Source of the DNA: a virus
Taxonomy: Duplodnaviria > Caudoviricetes
Length of the DNA stretch: 50,451 nucleotides
Virus record (IMG/VR): IMGVR_UViG_3300043418_000062
Location: 1 to 50,451 of that record
Direction: 5' to 3' (one strand)
Position 1 is the first letter of the stretch. Every line of letters starts with the position of its first letter. The notes beneath the pieces were generated by a model. The model did not search any database. It had not been told where the DNA came from and was given only the letters and a program-made list of their open reading frames with translations. Positions 1 through 7,448 of this stretch are shown piece after piece. The position numbers and the translations under genes are program-made.

Positions 1-127
1 CAACCCAAAACAAAGGATAGAAACTAATGACAACACTACGCCAAGCCGAGCAACTACTAGCCGATTTCGAGCCATTCACAGCGGGCAACCTGTCGGCAAA
101 ATACGACATAGCCGGAAATTACATTGT
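1..127 (+). repeat. Terminal 127-bp direct repeat, copy 1 (probable assembly overlap)
   Basis: Identical to 50325-50451. Confidence 0.95.
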
Positions 128-254
128 TTACAGTTATGAAACTATGGTTGCCGGCAAGCACGCAAAAACTGGCAACTTCGATTTAACTACTATGAAATAC
201 AGCCAGACAACAAGCAAGCACCTAAACATTATCCGTAGAGCGTGGGGTTTCTAA
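27..254 (+). CDS. Early hypothetical protein
   Basis: ORF with AAGGA RBS; TAATG coupling to the next ORF. Confidence 0.8.
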   Translation: MTTLRQAEQLLADFEPFTAGNLSAKYDIAGNYIVYSYETMVAGKHAKTGNFDLTTMKYSQTTSKHLNIIRRAWGF

Positions 255-376
255 TGGCAACCGCTAAACTACTCTGGGCAATCACTGGCAGACTAATCGG
301 GTTGCTACTGATTACGGCGAGCGCCTACCTAACGCTCGTAGGGTTCATAGTAATAACGGCGTTCATAGCAGGATAG
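254..376 (+). CDS. Small 40-aa hydrophobic membrane protein (MATAKLLWAITG...)
   Basis: Translated by hand; not in the ORF track; TAATG overlap; long hydrophobic stretch. Confidence 0.6.
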   Translation: MATAKLLWAITGRLIGLLLITASAYLTLVGFIVITAFIAG

Positions 377-384
377 CAACACCA

Positions 385-428
385 GCCTAGACCATAGGGG
401 ACAAGCAGGTTCGAGACCTGCCTAGGCA
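385..428 (+). ncRNA. tRNA-like minihelix (acceptor stem plus T arm only)
   Basis: GCCTAG/CTAGGC-A stem stacked on GCAGG-TTCGAGA-CCTGC. Confidence 0.6.
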
Positions 429-450
429 CGATACGGCGAGCGCTCGCAGT

Positions 451-479
451 ATTGTAGCACACTATCAAGCAAAAGTCAA
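451..479 (-). promoter_or_regulatory. Leftward sigma-A-type promoter
   Basis: TTGACT-17 nt-TACAAT with extended -10 TG on the - strand. Confidence 0.65.
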
Positions 480-536
480 GCCTATTTTTATAACGATTTT
501 GCCGAATTTCGTTATAAACTATTTTGCCAAAACCCC

Positions 537-564
537 TTGACAATCCCCGATAGTGTGCTATAGT
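537..564 (+). promoter_or_regulatory. Sigma-A-type early promoter
   Basis: TTGACA-16 nt-TATAGT with TG extension. Confidence 0.6.
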
Positions 565-626
565 TAGAACATAACAAAACAGAGATAGCAAGTAAAAAGC
601 AAGTCAAAAGAATTTTCCAAAATAAC

Positions 627-655
627 TTGACAAGTCGAAAACAACCTGCTATACT
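627..655 (+). promoter_or_regulatory. Sigma-A-type early promoter
   Basis: TTGACA-17 nt-TATACT with TG extension. Confidence 0.8.
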
Positions 656-689
656 GTAAACATAACAACCGATAACAAAGGGGCAACCA

Positions 690-911
690 ATGGCACGAAT
701 TGAAGTAGTGTACGAGGGACACAAGTTTACCGCTATCGCAGACGGCGCTGGGCTTGATGTCGAGGCTGATGACCTAAGCACTATGGACTTAGCGAGCAAA
801 CTCTGGAACGCTATTTATAGCACTCGCATTAGTCTATTTTCAGATTACGATAATCACGATACTACCCGCCACGAACTAATCACCTGCCTACAAACTATGA
901 AACTAATCTAA
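690..911 (+). CDS. Early hypothetical protein
   Basis: ORF directly after promoter and RBS. Confidence 0.75.
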   Translation: MARIEVVYEGHKFTAIADGAGLDVEADDLSTMDLASKLWNAIYSTRISLFSDYDNHDTTRHELITCLQTMKLI

Positions 912-920
912 GGGGACAAG

Positions 921-1106
921 ATGATTTTCCAAGAGCGCAACCGCAACGGTTCAATTACCCTATCGGCATTAGTGTCAGATAGCCAGACACCGTTCGACTG
1001 GTATGAACGCCAGACTTATTACGATTACACGCTAACCGAGGCTAAACGCCTTTTCAAACAACACCTAACCGACAGCAAGATGACACTAAAGAAGGATACC
1101 TACTAA
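921..1106 (+). CDS. Early hypothetical protein
   Basis: ORF with RBS in operon. Confidence 0.75.
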   Translation: MIFQERNRNGSITLSALVSDSQTPFDWYERQTYYDYTLTEAKRLFKQHLTDSKMTLKKDTY

Positions 1107-1192
1107 TGTCTGACTGTAATGGCGTTCACAATTCAATTCAAGAGATTTTCAATTGCGCCGACTGCGCTAAACTACTAGAGGAGACTAACTAA
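1106..1192 (+). CDS. 28-aa Cys/His micro-protein (MSDCNGVH...CADC)
   Basis: Translated by hand; TAATG coupling on both sides. Confidence 0.55.
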   Translation: MSDCNGVHNSIQEIFNCADCAKLLEETN

Positions 1193-1497
1193 TGCGAATG
1201 AACTACTTAGATATCAAGCGTGAAATTACCGACAACTGGGAATTTATCCCCGTCAATGACCCAAAGTCTTACCTAGACGAATTAGCCGATAGTTCCGTTC
1301 CGATTTACTATGGCGATATTATTAGCGACTGGCAGGAGATGCCTAGCGACTATGACAACAGTTTCCAGACACTAGGCTACCCTATCACCGAAGACACTAC
1401 CATTACCAAACTTATGGCGATAGATTTATACCAATATTATACAGACGAATATTACCGAATTTATGACGAAATTCTAGCCGACAAAGAGAGCGAATAA
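1192..1497 (+). CDS. Ocr-like acidic DNA-mimic anti-restriction protein
   Basis: ADSSVPIYYGDI resembles the T7 Ocr segment ADNAVPHYYADI; about 100 aa; very acidic; early position. Confidence 0.7.
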   Translation: MRMNYLDIKREITDNWEFIPVNDPKSYLDELADSSVPIYYGDIISDWQEMPSDYDNSFQTLGYPITEDTTITKLMAIDLYQYYTDEYYRIYDEILADKESE

Positions 1498-1502
1498 AAA
1501 CC

Positions 1503-1720
1503 TGTGGATAACTTTTTTAGTGGCGACCCTCCCTCTCCCGTATAAATACATTATATTATAATTCAATTATTATTATTGTATTAGGTAATAATTAGTTTTA
1601 TAGAGAATAATCGAATATGTCAATAAAAAATGGACATATTCAACTACAATAATCGAATATGGAAAATATAATTTACATATAATTCAATAAAACGCTGATT
1701 TACTATAAACTATAAATAGC
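1503..1720. other. Very AT-rich non-coding tract with a DnaA box and a 14-bp direct repeat (possible origin)
   Basis: TGTGGATAA at 1503-1511; AATAATCGAATATG at 1606-1619 and 1648-1661. Confidence 0.4.
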
Positions 1721-1836
1721 ATATGCGAGATATAGATTATAGCACAATTTACACCATATTTGATTACTATTATATATCTGTATATGTCGCTACAACATAT
1801 AATAATACTATAACTAACCAAAAGATAGGACATAAA

Positions 1837-2241
1837 ATGGAAACAAAATTTTGTAGAGACTGCCAGACCGATAAGCCATATGCCGAATTCCCGAAGATGA
1901 AAAATGGTAAATTGGGACTAGGGACATATTGCCGAAAATGCCAACAGATTAGAACTGTAAACTCACCGAACTATAAAGCCAATGTTCGCAAGGCTCAACT
2001 AAAACGAAACTATGGAATTTCGCCAGAACTATATGACCAAAAGTTAGACCAGCAGAATGGCAGATGTGCTATCTGTAAAGAACTTGATGAAAACCGAGAG
2101 TTTCTATCAGTAGACCATAACCACCAAACTGGCGCGGTTCGCGGGCTACTATGCCATAATTGTAATATTGGCTTAGGTAAGTTTAGAGATAGCGCACAAT
2201 TTCTAAGTAATGCTATATGGTATTTAGAGATGTATAAGTAA
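1837..2241 (+). CDS. Endonuclease VII-family His-Me finger (homing-type) endonuclease
   Basis: CAIC...VDHNH.TG.VRGLLCHNCNIGLG motif; N-terminal CxxC pairs; likely start METKF at 1837. Confidence 0.9.
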   Translation: METKFCRDCQTDKPYAEFPKMKNGKLGLGTYCRKCQQIRTVNSPNYKANVRKAQLKRNYGISPELYDQKLDQQNGRCAICKELDENREFLSVDHNHQTGAVRGLLCHNCNIGLGKFRDSAQFLSNAIWYLEMYK

Positions 2242-2265
2242 ATTATAACAAAATGATAACAAGAC

Positions 2266-2294
2266 TTGACAAGCACTAGATATTACAGTATAAT
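2266..2294 (+). promoter_or_regulatory. Sigma-A-type early promoter
   Basis: TTGACA-17 nt-TATAAT. Confidence 0.85.
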
Positions 2295-2340
2295 AAAACC
2301 ATAACAACCAAACATAACACTACTAAAAAGGGACAAGATT

Positions 2341-2943
2341 ATGACCAGTTTCGCAATCATTCTAAACACTACTCAAGCCAACTCAATCGCCAGTTTCGCC
2401 AATATGACAGCACCCAAAACTGACGCACCTATTCTTCAGCACGCTAAGTTGTCAATCAAAGCCGACAACCAATATGTCAGTGTAATCGCCACTGACCGCT
2501 ACGCACTAGCCCGAACTATTTTCGAGCCAGCATATATCGAGACACCGACAGATGAAGATATTGACATTCTACTAAGCGCCGACACGCTCAAACTATTCAA
2601 GACTAAGAGCAACCTGACGCTGACTTATGACACCGAGACTAACCAACTAGCAATCACAAGCGACAATTCGACAAGCACATTCACACCGTTATCACCTATC
2701 GGCTACCCTGATATCGTGCCAATGCTAGAGACGGCACTATCCCAAGAGCCTATCGCCACGCCGACATTCAGCCTCAATCTGGCGTTTATCAATCGGATTA
2801 GCAAACTGACTTCAAGCCTAGACGCTAAGAGCAAGCCAGAGCCAAAGTTTGATATCACAACCACTGGCGACAAGAAGCCGATTATCTTCAAGCGAGCTAA
2901 CTTGACCGTTCTACTTCAGCCACTACGCACAAGCACCAACTAA
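2341..2943 (+). CDS. Truncated DNA polymerase III beta-clamp-like protein
   Basis: PIL..., VIATDRYALA, GYPDI, KPIIF and C-terminal VLLQPLR motifs typical of DnaN; only 200 aa. Confidence 0.7.
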   Translation: MTSFAIILNTTQANSIASFANMTAPKTDAPILQHAKLSIKADNQYVSVIATDRYALARTIFEPAYIETPTDEDIDILLSADTLKLFKTKSNLTLTYDTETNQLAITSDNSTSTFTPLSPIGYPDIVPMLETALSQEPIATPTFSLNLAFINRISKLTSSLDAKSKPEPKFDITTTGDKKPIIFKRANLTVLLQPLRTSTN

Positions 2944-2958
2944 CCATAGGAGACCATA

Positions 2959-3063
2959 ATGGCAAAACACGCAGACAGCAAGCGCACAGCGACCGCAAAA
3001 GCACGAGACTTAACTATCAAGCAAGCACGCAAAGCCAAAGCGCTTTACGGCACGAGCAAGTAG
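2959..3063 (+). CDS. 34-aa basic micro-protein (MAKHADSKRTATAKAR...)
   Basis: AGGAG RBS; translated by hand. Confidence 0.65.
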   Translation: MAKHADSKRTATAKARDLTIKQARKAKALYGTSK

Positions 3064-3067
3064 ACTA

Positions 3068-3153
3068 GCACCTTAGCAAGTGTCTAAAAGGCTACCAACT
3101 ATCCTGAAATGGATAGAGCGATATGAGACCCGAGCAAGTCGGTAAAAAGGCTC
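3068..3153 (+). ncRNA. Two tandem copies of a small H-type pseudoknot motif separated by a hairpin
   Basis: GCAC-CT-TAGC-AA-GTGT-CTAAAAG-GCTA and GAC-CC-GAGC-AA-GTC-GGTAAAAAG-GCTC. Confidence 0.65.
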
Positions 3154-3194
3154 ACTATAAACCTAACACACAACACCAGATAAAGGATAAACCA

Positions 3195-3428
3195 ATGACC
3201 GACTCATTCAACCTAAAGATTGACAGTTTCGAGGCACTAGTAGACCTTGAAATGGCACTAGATGGATATATAGATGACCTAAGCACCTATCGCTATCTCA
3301 ATGAGAATGAGACAGAGACACTAAACAACCTACTAGACCTACGAGAGCAAGTTGTCTCACAGCGCAAGCCGATTACCAAACAGCGCAAACTAATGCGACT
3401 ACTTCAAGAAGAATTGAGGGTAAGATGA
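3195..3428 (+). CDS. Early hypothetical protein
   Basis: Likely start MTDSF after AAGGA RBS. Confidence 0.75.
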   Translation: MTDSFNLKIDSFEALVDLEMALDGYIDDLSTYRYLNENETETLNNLLDLREQVVSQRKPITKQRKLMRLLQEELRVR

Positions 3429-3526
3429 TATTCTGTAAAGACTGCCACCATAAGCACTCACCATTCATAACCAGAATAAGTTTCTGTATAAGTTGTGGCT
3501 CAAACAACTTGACAAGCAAGCAATAA
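3425..3526 (+). CDS. 33-aa zinc-ribbon micro-protein (CKDC...CISC)
   Basis: Translated by hand; ATGA overlap. Confidence 0.55.
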   Translation: MIFCKDCHHKHSPFITRISFCISCGSNNLTSKQ

Positions 3527-3537
3527 CCTGCTATAAT
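3509..3537 (+). promoter_or_regulatory. Sigma-A-type early promoter
   Basis: TTGACA-17 nt-TATAAT, extended -10. Confidence 0.85.
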
Positions 3538-3580
3538 ATAAACATAACAAGACACACACACCAAACAAAGGATAACCAAA

Positions 3581-4126
3581 ATGCTAAAGCCAGACCTAAT
3601 GCTACAAGTTGATGACAGCAACCGTATTAGCGCTTATTACGACCAATATGGATATGCTTACGAGGATTTTGTAGGCGACACTATGGGAGTTTATACGCTA
3701 CGAATGGCACGCTTTATGGGCGATATCAAAGGTGGCGAACTAACCGAAGACCTAGACCGACTGACACGCAACACGAGCAACTGGCAACACGAGAGCGCAA
3801 TCGGTAAATACCTAGCAATCTCCGGTAAGCACTATCGCAAGATAACCCTACAAGGCTATTCACAAGGCGACTGGGCAGAAGTGTTTATCTATTCAGATGA
3901 TGACTGGGTGCTAGACAAAGACAGCGACAGCACACTTCAGGCGTGGTTCAAAGGCGATATCTTCACCGTTCACCACGAGCGACTAGAGACCTACACGAGC
4001 AACACCGACCCAAGCAACACAATCTCTCAATGGGAGACCGTAGACAGCCTAAGCGCCTGTATTGTCGAGAGCGAAGAAGACCTTGAGGCATATGTTTCAG
4101 ACTTCAACTTGACAATCGCTAAATAA
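3581..4126 (+). CDS. Early hypothetical protein (GYSQGDW motif)
   Basis: ORF behind promoter and RBS. Confidence 0.8.
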   Translation: MLKPDLMLQVDDSNRISAYYDQYGYAYEDFVGDTMGVYTLRMARFMGDIKGGELTEDLDRLTRNTSNWQHESAIGKYLAISGKHYRKITLQGYSQGDWAEVFIYSDDDWVLDKDSDSTLQAWFKGDIFTVHHERLETYTSNTDPSNTISQWETVDSLSACIVESEEDLEAYVSDFNLTIAK

Positions 4127-4137
4127 CCTGCTATAAT
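4109..4137 (+). promoter_or_regulatory. Sigma-A-type early promoter
   Basis: TTGACA-17 nt-TATAAT, extended -10. Confidence 0.85.
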
Positions 4138-4172
4138 CAACTCATAACAAACAAACACACAAGGAGACTACA

Positions 4173-4346
4173 ATGGCTAAGTATTACATTCAGGCAACCT
4201 ACGCTTACAGTGGAGAGGTTGAGGCAAACTCACCAGAAGAGGCTGAGAGCCTATTCTTAGATGACCTAAATATCTACTATGACGGCACTGATAGTTTCGA
4301 TATCGAAGAAGTTGAAGAAGATGAAGACACCGAGGAGACCGAGTAA
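4173..4346 (+). CDS. 57-aa acidic protein (VEANSPEEA motif)
   Basis: AAGGAG RBS; translated by hand. Confidence 0.7.
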   Translation: MAKYYIQATYAYSGEVEANSPEEAESLFLDDLNIYYDGTDSFDIEEVEEDEDTEETE

Positions 4347-4498
4347 TGACCGTTTATGTAAAGAAGAACGCAACCGTAATCGTGCGAGCTAAAAACTACA
4401 ATCACGCAATCAACATATTCGCCAGCAAAATGGGTTATGACCTTGAGTATGCTATTCTAAATGACGGATATACAATCGAAGTAGAGGAGACAATCTAA
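4346..4498 (+). CDS. 50-aa hypothetical protein
   Basis: TAATG coupling; translated by hand. Confidence 0.65.
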   Translation: MTVYVKKNATVIVRAKNYNHAINIFASKMGYDLEYAILNDGYTIEVEETI

Positions 4499-4668
4499 TG
4501 GCAATGACAATCGAGCAGGTTATCAAGTCAATCAAGTTTGAAATTGACCGAGCGCACCGAGACGCACAGATGTCTACAATTCAAGAAGACCTAGATTATC
4601 ACAATGGCGAATATGACGCACTAAACTTTATGCTAGAGATTATTGAGACAAGCAAGGAGAGCAACTAA
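4498..4668 (+). CDS. 56-aa hypothetical protein
   Basis: TAATG coupling; translated by hand. Confidence 0.65.
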   Translation: MAMTIEQVIKSIKFEIDRAHRDAQMSTIQEDLDYHNGEYDALNFMLEIIETSKESN

Positions 4669-4865
4669 TGGAATTCAGAATTCAGCAACGAGCAGAGATT
4701 TGGTATGAGACTACAATTGAAGCCGACACTTTTGAAGAAGCGGTTATCAAGGCTATTGAAGACTGCGACCTAGACTGGTCGAGCCTACCGGAAAGCGTGG
4801 AATTCCGAGACGAATTCTGGGGACAAGATGAAGACGGTAATGAGTATTCACAGAGGGAAGAATAA
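4668..4865 (+). CDS. Acidic hypothetical protein (IEADTFEEA motif)
   Basis: ORF with RBS; resembles 4173-4346. Confidence 0.75.
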   Translation: MEFRIQQRAEIWYETTIEADTFEEAVIKAIEDCDLDWSSLPESVEFRDEFWGQDEDGNEYSQREE

Positions 4866-4866
4866 G

Positions 4867-4959
4867 ATGATAGAGTGCCCTAAACACGAAGGCAGTTTCG
4901 ACTGCTCACCATTCTGTGAAATATGCGGTGGAGACCAAGAGATAGAGGAGCTAAACTAA
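4867..4959 (+). CDS. 30-aa Cys-rich micro-protein (MIECPKHEGSFDCSPFCEICGG...)
   Basis: Translated by hand; fills the operon gap. Confidence 0.65.
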   Translation: MIECPKHEGSFDCSPFCEICGGDQEIEELN

Positions 4960-5240
4960 TGAGCGTAGTCGAGATTACAGATGAAGATTTTGACGCTTAC
5001 GAGCCTATTGAAAACCACTTTCAAGAGGGAACGCAATTATTCGAGACCTACGGAGATGAATTAGAATTCGTTATCCAGCACAAGAAAGAGCATATCTGGA
5101 CACAGGTAGACGGTTATGACGGTATTTATATCGTGAACGGATATCAATTGGCAAACCGTATTGGCTACTATTTGACCAATAAACCCCACGACCCAAGCAA
5201 AGATATTCAACTACGAGTAATCACAGAGGAGACAATCTAA
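4959..5240 (+). CDS. Early hypothetical protein
   Basis: Likely start MSVVE after GAGGAG RBS. Confidence 0.75.
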   Translation: MSVVEITDEDFDAYEPIENHFQEGTQLFETYGDELEFVIQHKKEHIWTQVDGYDGIYIVNGYQLANRIGYYLTNKPHDPSKDIQLRVITEETI

Positions 5241-5404
5241 TGAGCGAATTCAACAACTGCCAAGACTGCTACGAGAGCCTACGAGGCGACTACGCACGAC
5301 TTGAGACTGGCAGATGTGAAGACTGCCAAGCAACACACGAACACAACACCTACGACCCAATGTTCGACGACAGGGCGTGGGATAACCAGAGAGAGGCTTA
5401 CTAA
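5240..5404 (+). CDS. 54-aa CxxC-CxxC micro-protein
   Basis: TAATG coupling; translated by hand. Confidence 0.65.
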   Translation: MSEFNNCQDCYESLRGDYARLETGRCEDCQATHEHNTYDPMFDDRAWDNQREAY

Positions 5405-5730
5405 TGACAAGCGAGTATGATATCCAATTCCTATTCGACTGGCACTACGGCGACGCTGTGCCAGTATGCCGAGCCTTTCACCTATGGCTAGATGTAGACG
5501 GACAATTCAACACCGATAACGACACTATTGTAGACCGCTACGAATTCACGCAGGAAGATATTGACTGGATTGTAGCCGAGAATGGATACGCAGATATCAG
5601 CGAACTAGAAGTAGACGAATGGTATACCTCAAGCGAGTGGCTGGAACACGCAGGTATGCCAAACGGGTTCAAGAATTGGGTTCGCAACCTTCCAGAATAT
5701 CAACCGTATCAGGAACTTGACATTCACTAA
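5404..5730 (+). CDS. Acidic hypothetical protein
   Basis: Coupled ORF. Confidence 0.75.
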   Translation: MTSEYDIQFLFDWHYGDAVPVCRAFHLWLDVDGQFNTDNDTIVDRYEFTQEDIDWIVAENGYADISELEVDEWYTSSEWLEHAGMPNGFKNWVRNLPEYQPYQELDIH

Positions 5731-5745
5731 CTATTGTGCTATAAT
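5717..5745 (+). promoter_or_regulatory. Sigma-A-type early promoter
   Basis: TTGACA-17 nt-TATAAT, extended -10. Confidence 0.85.
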
Positions 5746-5787
5746 ACTATTACACACACAGCAACACACTAACAAAGGAGAAATATT

Positions 5788-6315
5788 TTGGGTCTCGATA
5801 TGACTTTACACGCAACTAAGTATGTTCGTGGCACTGACTGGACACAGAACGCAGACGGCACTTACTCCGACTGGGACAATGCTGATTACGATACCGCAAT
5901 CGGTTCTATCGGACTTGACCGTAGTGATATCAATGTCAGCTATCCTTCTGTGAATATTGAAATCAAAGTAGCAGAGTGGCGCAAGGCTAACGCTATTCAC
6001 CAGTGGTTCGTGGACAATGTTCAGGGTGGCGAAGATAATTGCCGAGACTACTATGTTAGCCGAGATGACCTAATCGAATTGCGAGACCGTTGTCGAGAGG
6101 TTATTGATATGCGAGACCGACAGAACGCTAATCCAGATGAGATGTTGCCGACTGCCGAGGATATCCTGCCAACTACCGAGGGTTTCTTCTTTGGCTCAAC
6201 CGAGTATGATGAATGGTATTACGAGAACATTCAATATACGCTGGATACGCTAGACAACCTACTTACCAATCCTAAGTTTGGTGGCTTTGACTTCAACTAC
6301 TCAAGTAGCTGGTAG
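5788..6315 (+). CDS. Conserved phage protein of unknown function (MGLDM...WRKANAIH.WF...GFFFGS family)
   Basis: Motif pattern recalled from other phages; TTG start after AAGGAG. Confidence 0.75.
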   Translation: MGLDMTLHATKYVRGTDWTQNADGTYSDWDNADYDTAIGSIGLDRSDINVSYPSVNIEIKVAEWRKANAIHQWFVDNVQGGEDNCRDYYVSRDDLIELRDRCREVIDMRDRQNANPDEMLPTAEDILPTTEGFFFGSTEYDEWYYENIQYTLDTLDNLLTNPKFGGFDFNYSSSW

Positions 6316-6316
6316 A

Positions 6317-6496
6317 ATGTCTCAGCTAATCGAGGTCGAACTCACACAGAAACAAGTAGACCTGCTATTTCCAGCCTTGAAACAGGCAGAGAGCGCTTAC
6401 ACCGATGAAGGCAACTTCAAAGCGTGTAAGGCTCTCACCGAGATTTACAACTCACTACACAGACAGATTTACACTTATGGACAACTGGAGGAATAA
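6317..6496 (+). CDS. Hypothetical protein
   Basis: Likely start MSQLI. Confidence 0.65.
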   Translation: MSQLIEVELTQKQVDLLFPALKQAESAYTDEGNFKACKALTEIYNSLHRQIYTYGQLEE

Positions 6497-6699
6497 TGTT
6501 AGATATGGGCAACCTATGTGCTTGGTGTGGAGAAGACACCTCGTTTGGTTCAGGCAAGTTTGTAAACCGTATCCCTGTCGGGACTCACTTGAACACTACT
6601 ATCTGGGCAGATGCGCCAGAATACAAGGAGTATTCAGAGTGGACTGATGTGGAGTGCTACGGTTGTGAGGACTGCTACGCAGATGAGGAGGAGAACTAA
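6496..6699 (+). CDS. Small CxxC-containing protein
   Basis: Coupled ORF with GGAGG RBS. Confidence 0.7.
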   Translation: MLDMGNLCAWCGEDTSFGSGKFVNRIPVGTHLNTTIWADAPEYKEYSEWTDVECYGCEDCYADEEEN

Positions 6700-6899
6700 T
6701 GGCAGTATACGCGCTATACAGCAACAGCGACTCTACGCTTTACAAGGCGTTCACTAATAGAGCCGAGGCGCAAAAGGAACACTTTGAGACCGGCGCATAC
6801 AACGGCCTCAAGACCTACAAGCACCTAACTAAAGCACAGGTTGAGAAACTATCTTACACCGAGGCAACATTCTTTGAAATGGTAATGGAGGGCAACTGA
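6699..6899 (+). CDS. Hypothetical protein
   Basis: Coupled ORF. Confidence 0.7.
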   Translation: MAVYALYSNSDSTLYKAFTNRAEAQKEHFETGAYNGLKTYKHLTKAQVEKLSYTEATFFEMVMEGN

Positions 6900-7096
6900 T
6901 GAAAGTAAAGAAACCAAAGAAGCAGACTTTCAACGCCTACTATGTATCCGACTATGCTACGCTGGTAATGCGTATCAAAGGCAAGCGCGGTTGGGAAGAG
7001 AAAGACTTTATCAATGAGGCTGACCGTATTGTTCAGGCGTATATCAAGTATCCAGAACACTTTTTCAGCGATGACCTTCAGGAGGTAGAAGATTGA
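6899..7096 (+). CDS. Hypothetical protein
   Basis: Coupled ORF. Confidence 0.7.
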   Translation: MKVKKPKKQTFNAYYVSDYATLVMRIKGKRGWEEKDFINEADRIVQAYIKYPEHFFSDDLQEVED

Positions 7097-7446
7097 TTGA
7101 CCAAGATATCCTAGACAAGTATGATTTCAATGTCTATATCATAGACGGAGAGATTGGCTTGTATGCCTATCGCCAGAAGTATCAGACACACTCAAGCACC
7201 AAGACTGGAGTGCTACGCTATGTCGAGTGCGATACCTCGAACTACACCTCTGTGAAGTTTCCTCTGACGGTTCAGTATCACGAAGAGGTTGCTTACTTGC
7301 TTGACAACGAAGAGTGGCTAGACGAAGACCTTGAGAGTTGGGAAGAATATGACAACTGGGTCGGTCCTGAAGACTTGACAGAAGGCGATACACCTGCTAT
7401 AATCGCCTCATACCTAGAACATTTACCAGACTACGAATTGGAGTAA
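7093..7446 (+). CDS. Acidic hypothetical protein
   Basis: Coupled ORF with AGGAGG RBS. Confidence 0.7.
   Translation: MIDQDILDKYDFNVYIIDGEIGLYAYRQKYQTHSSTKTGVLRYVECDTSNYTSVKFPLTVQYHEEVAYLLDNEEWLDEDLESWEEYDNWVGPEDLTEGDTPAIIASYLEHLPDYELE
7375..7403 (+). promoter_or_regulatory. Sigma-A-type promoter embedded in a CDS
   Basis: TTGACA-17 nt-TATAAT, extended -10. Confidence 0.8.
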
Positions 7447-7448
7447 AT

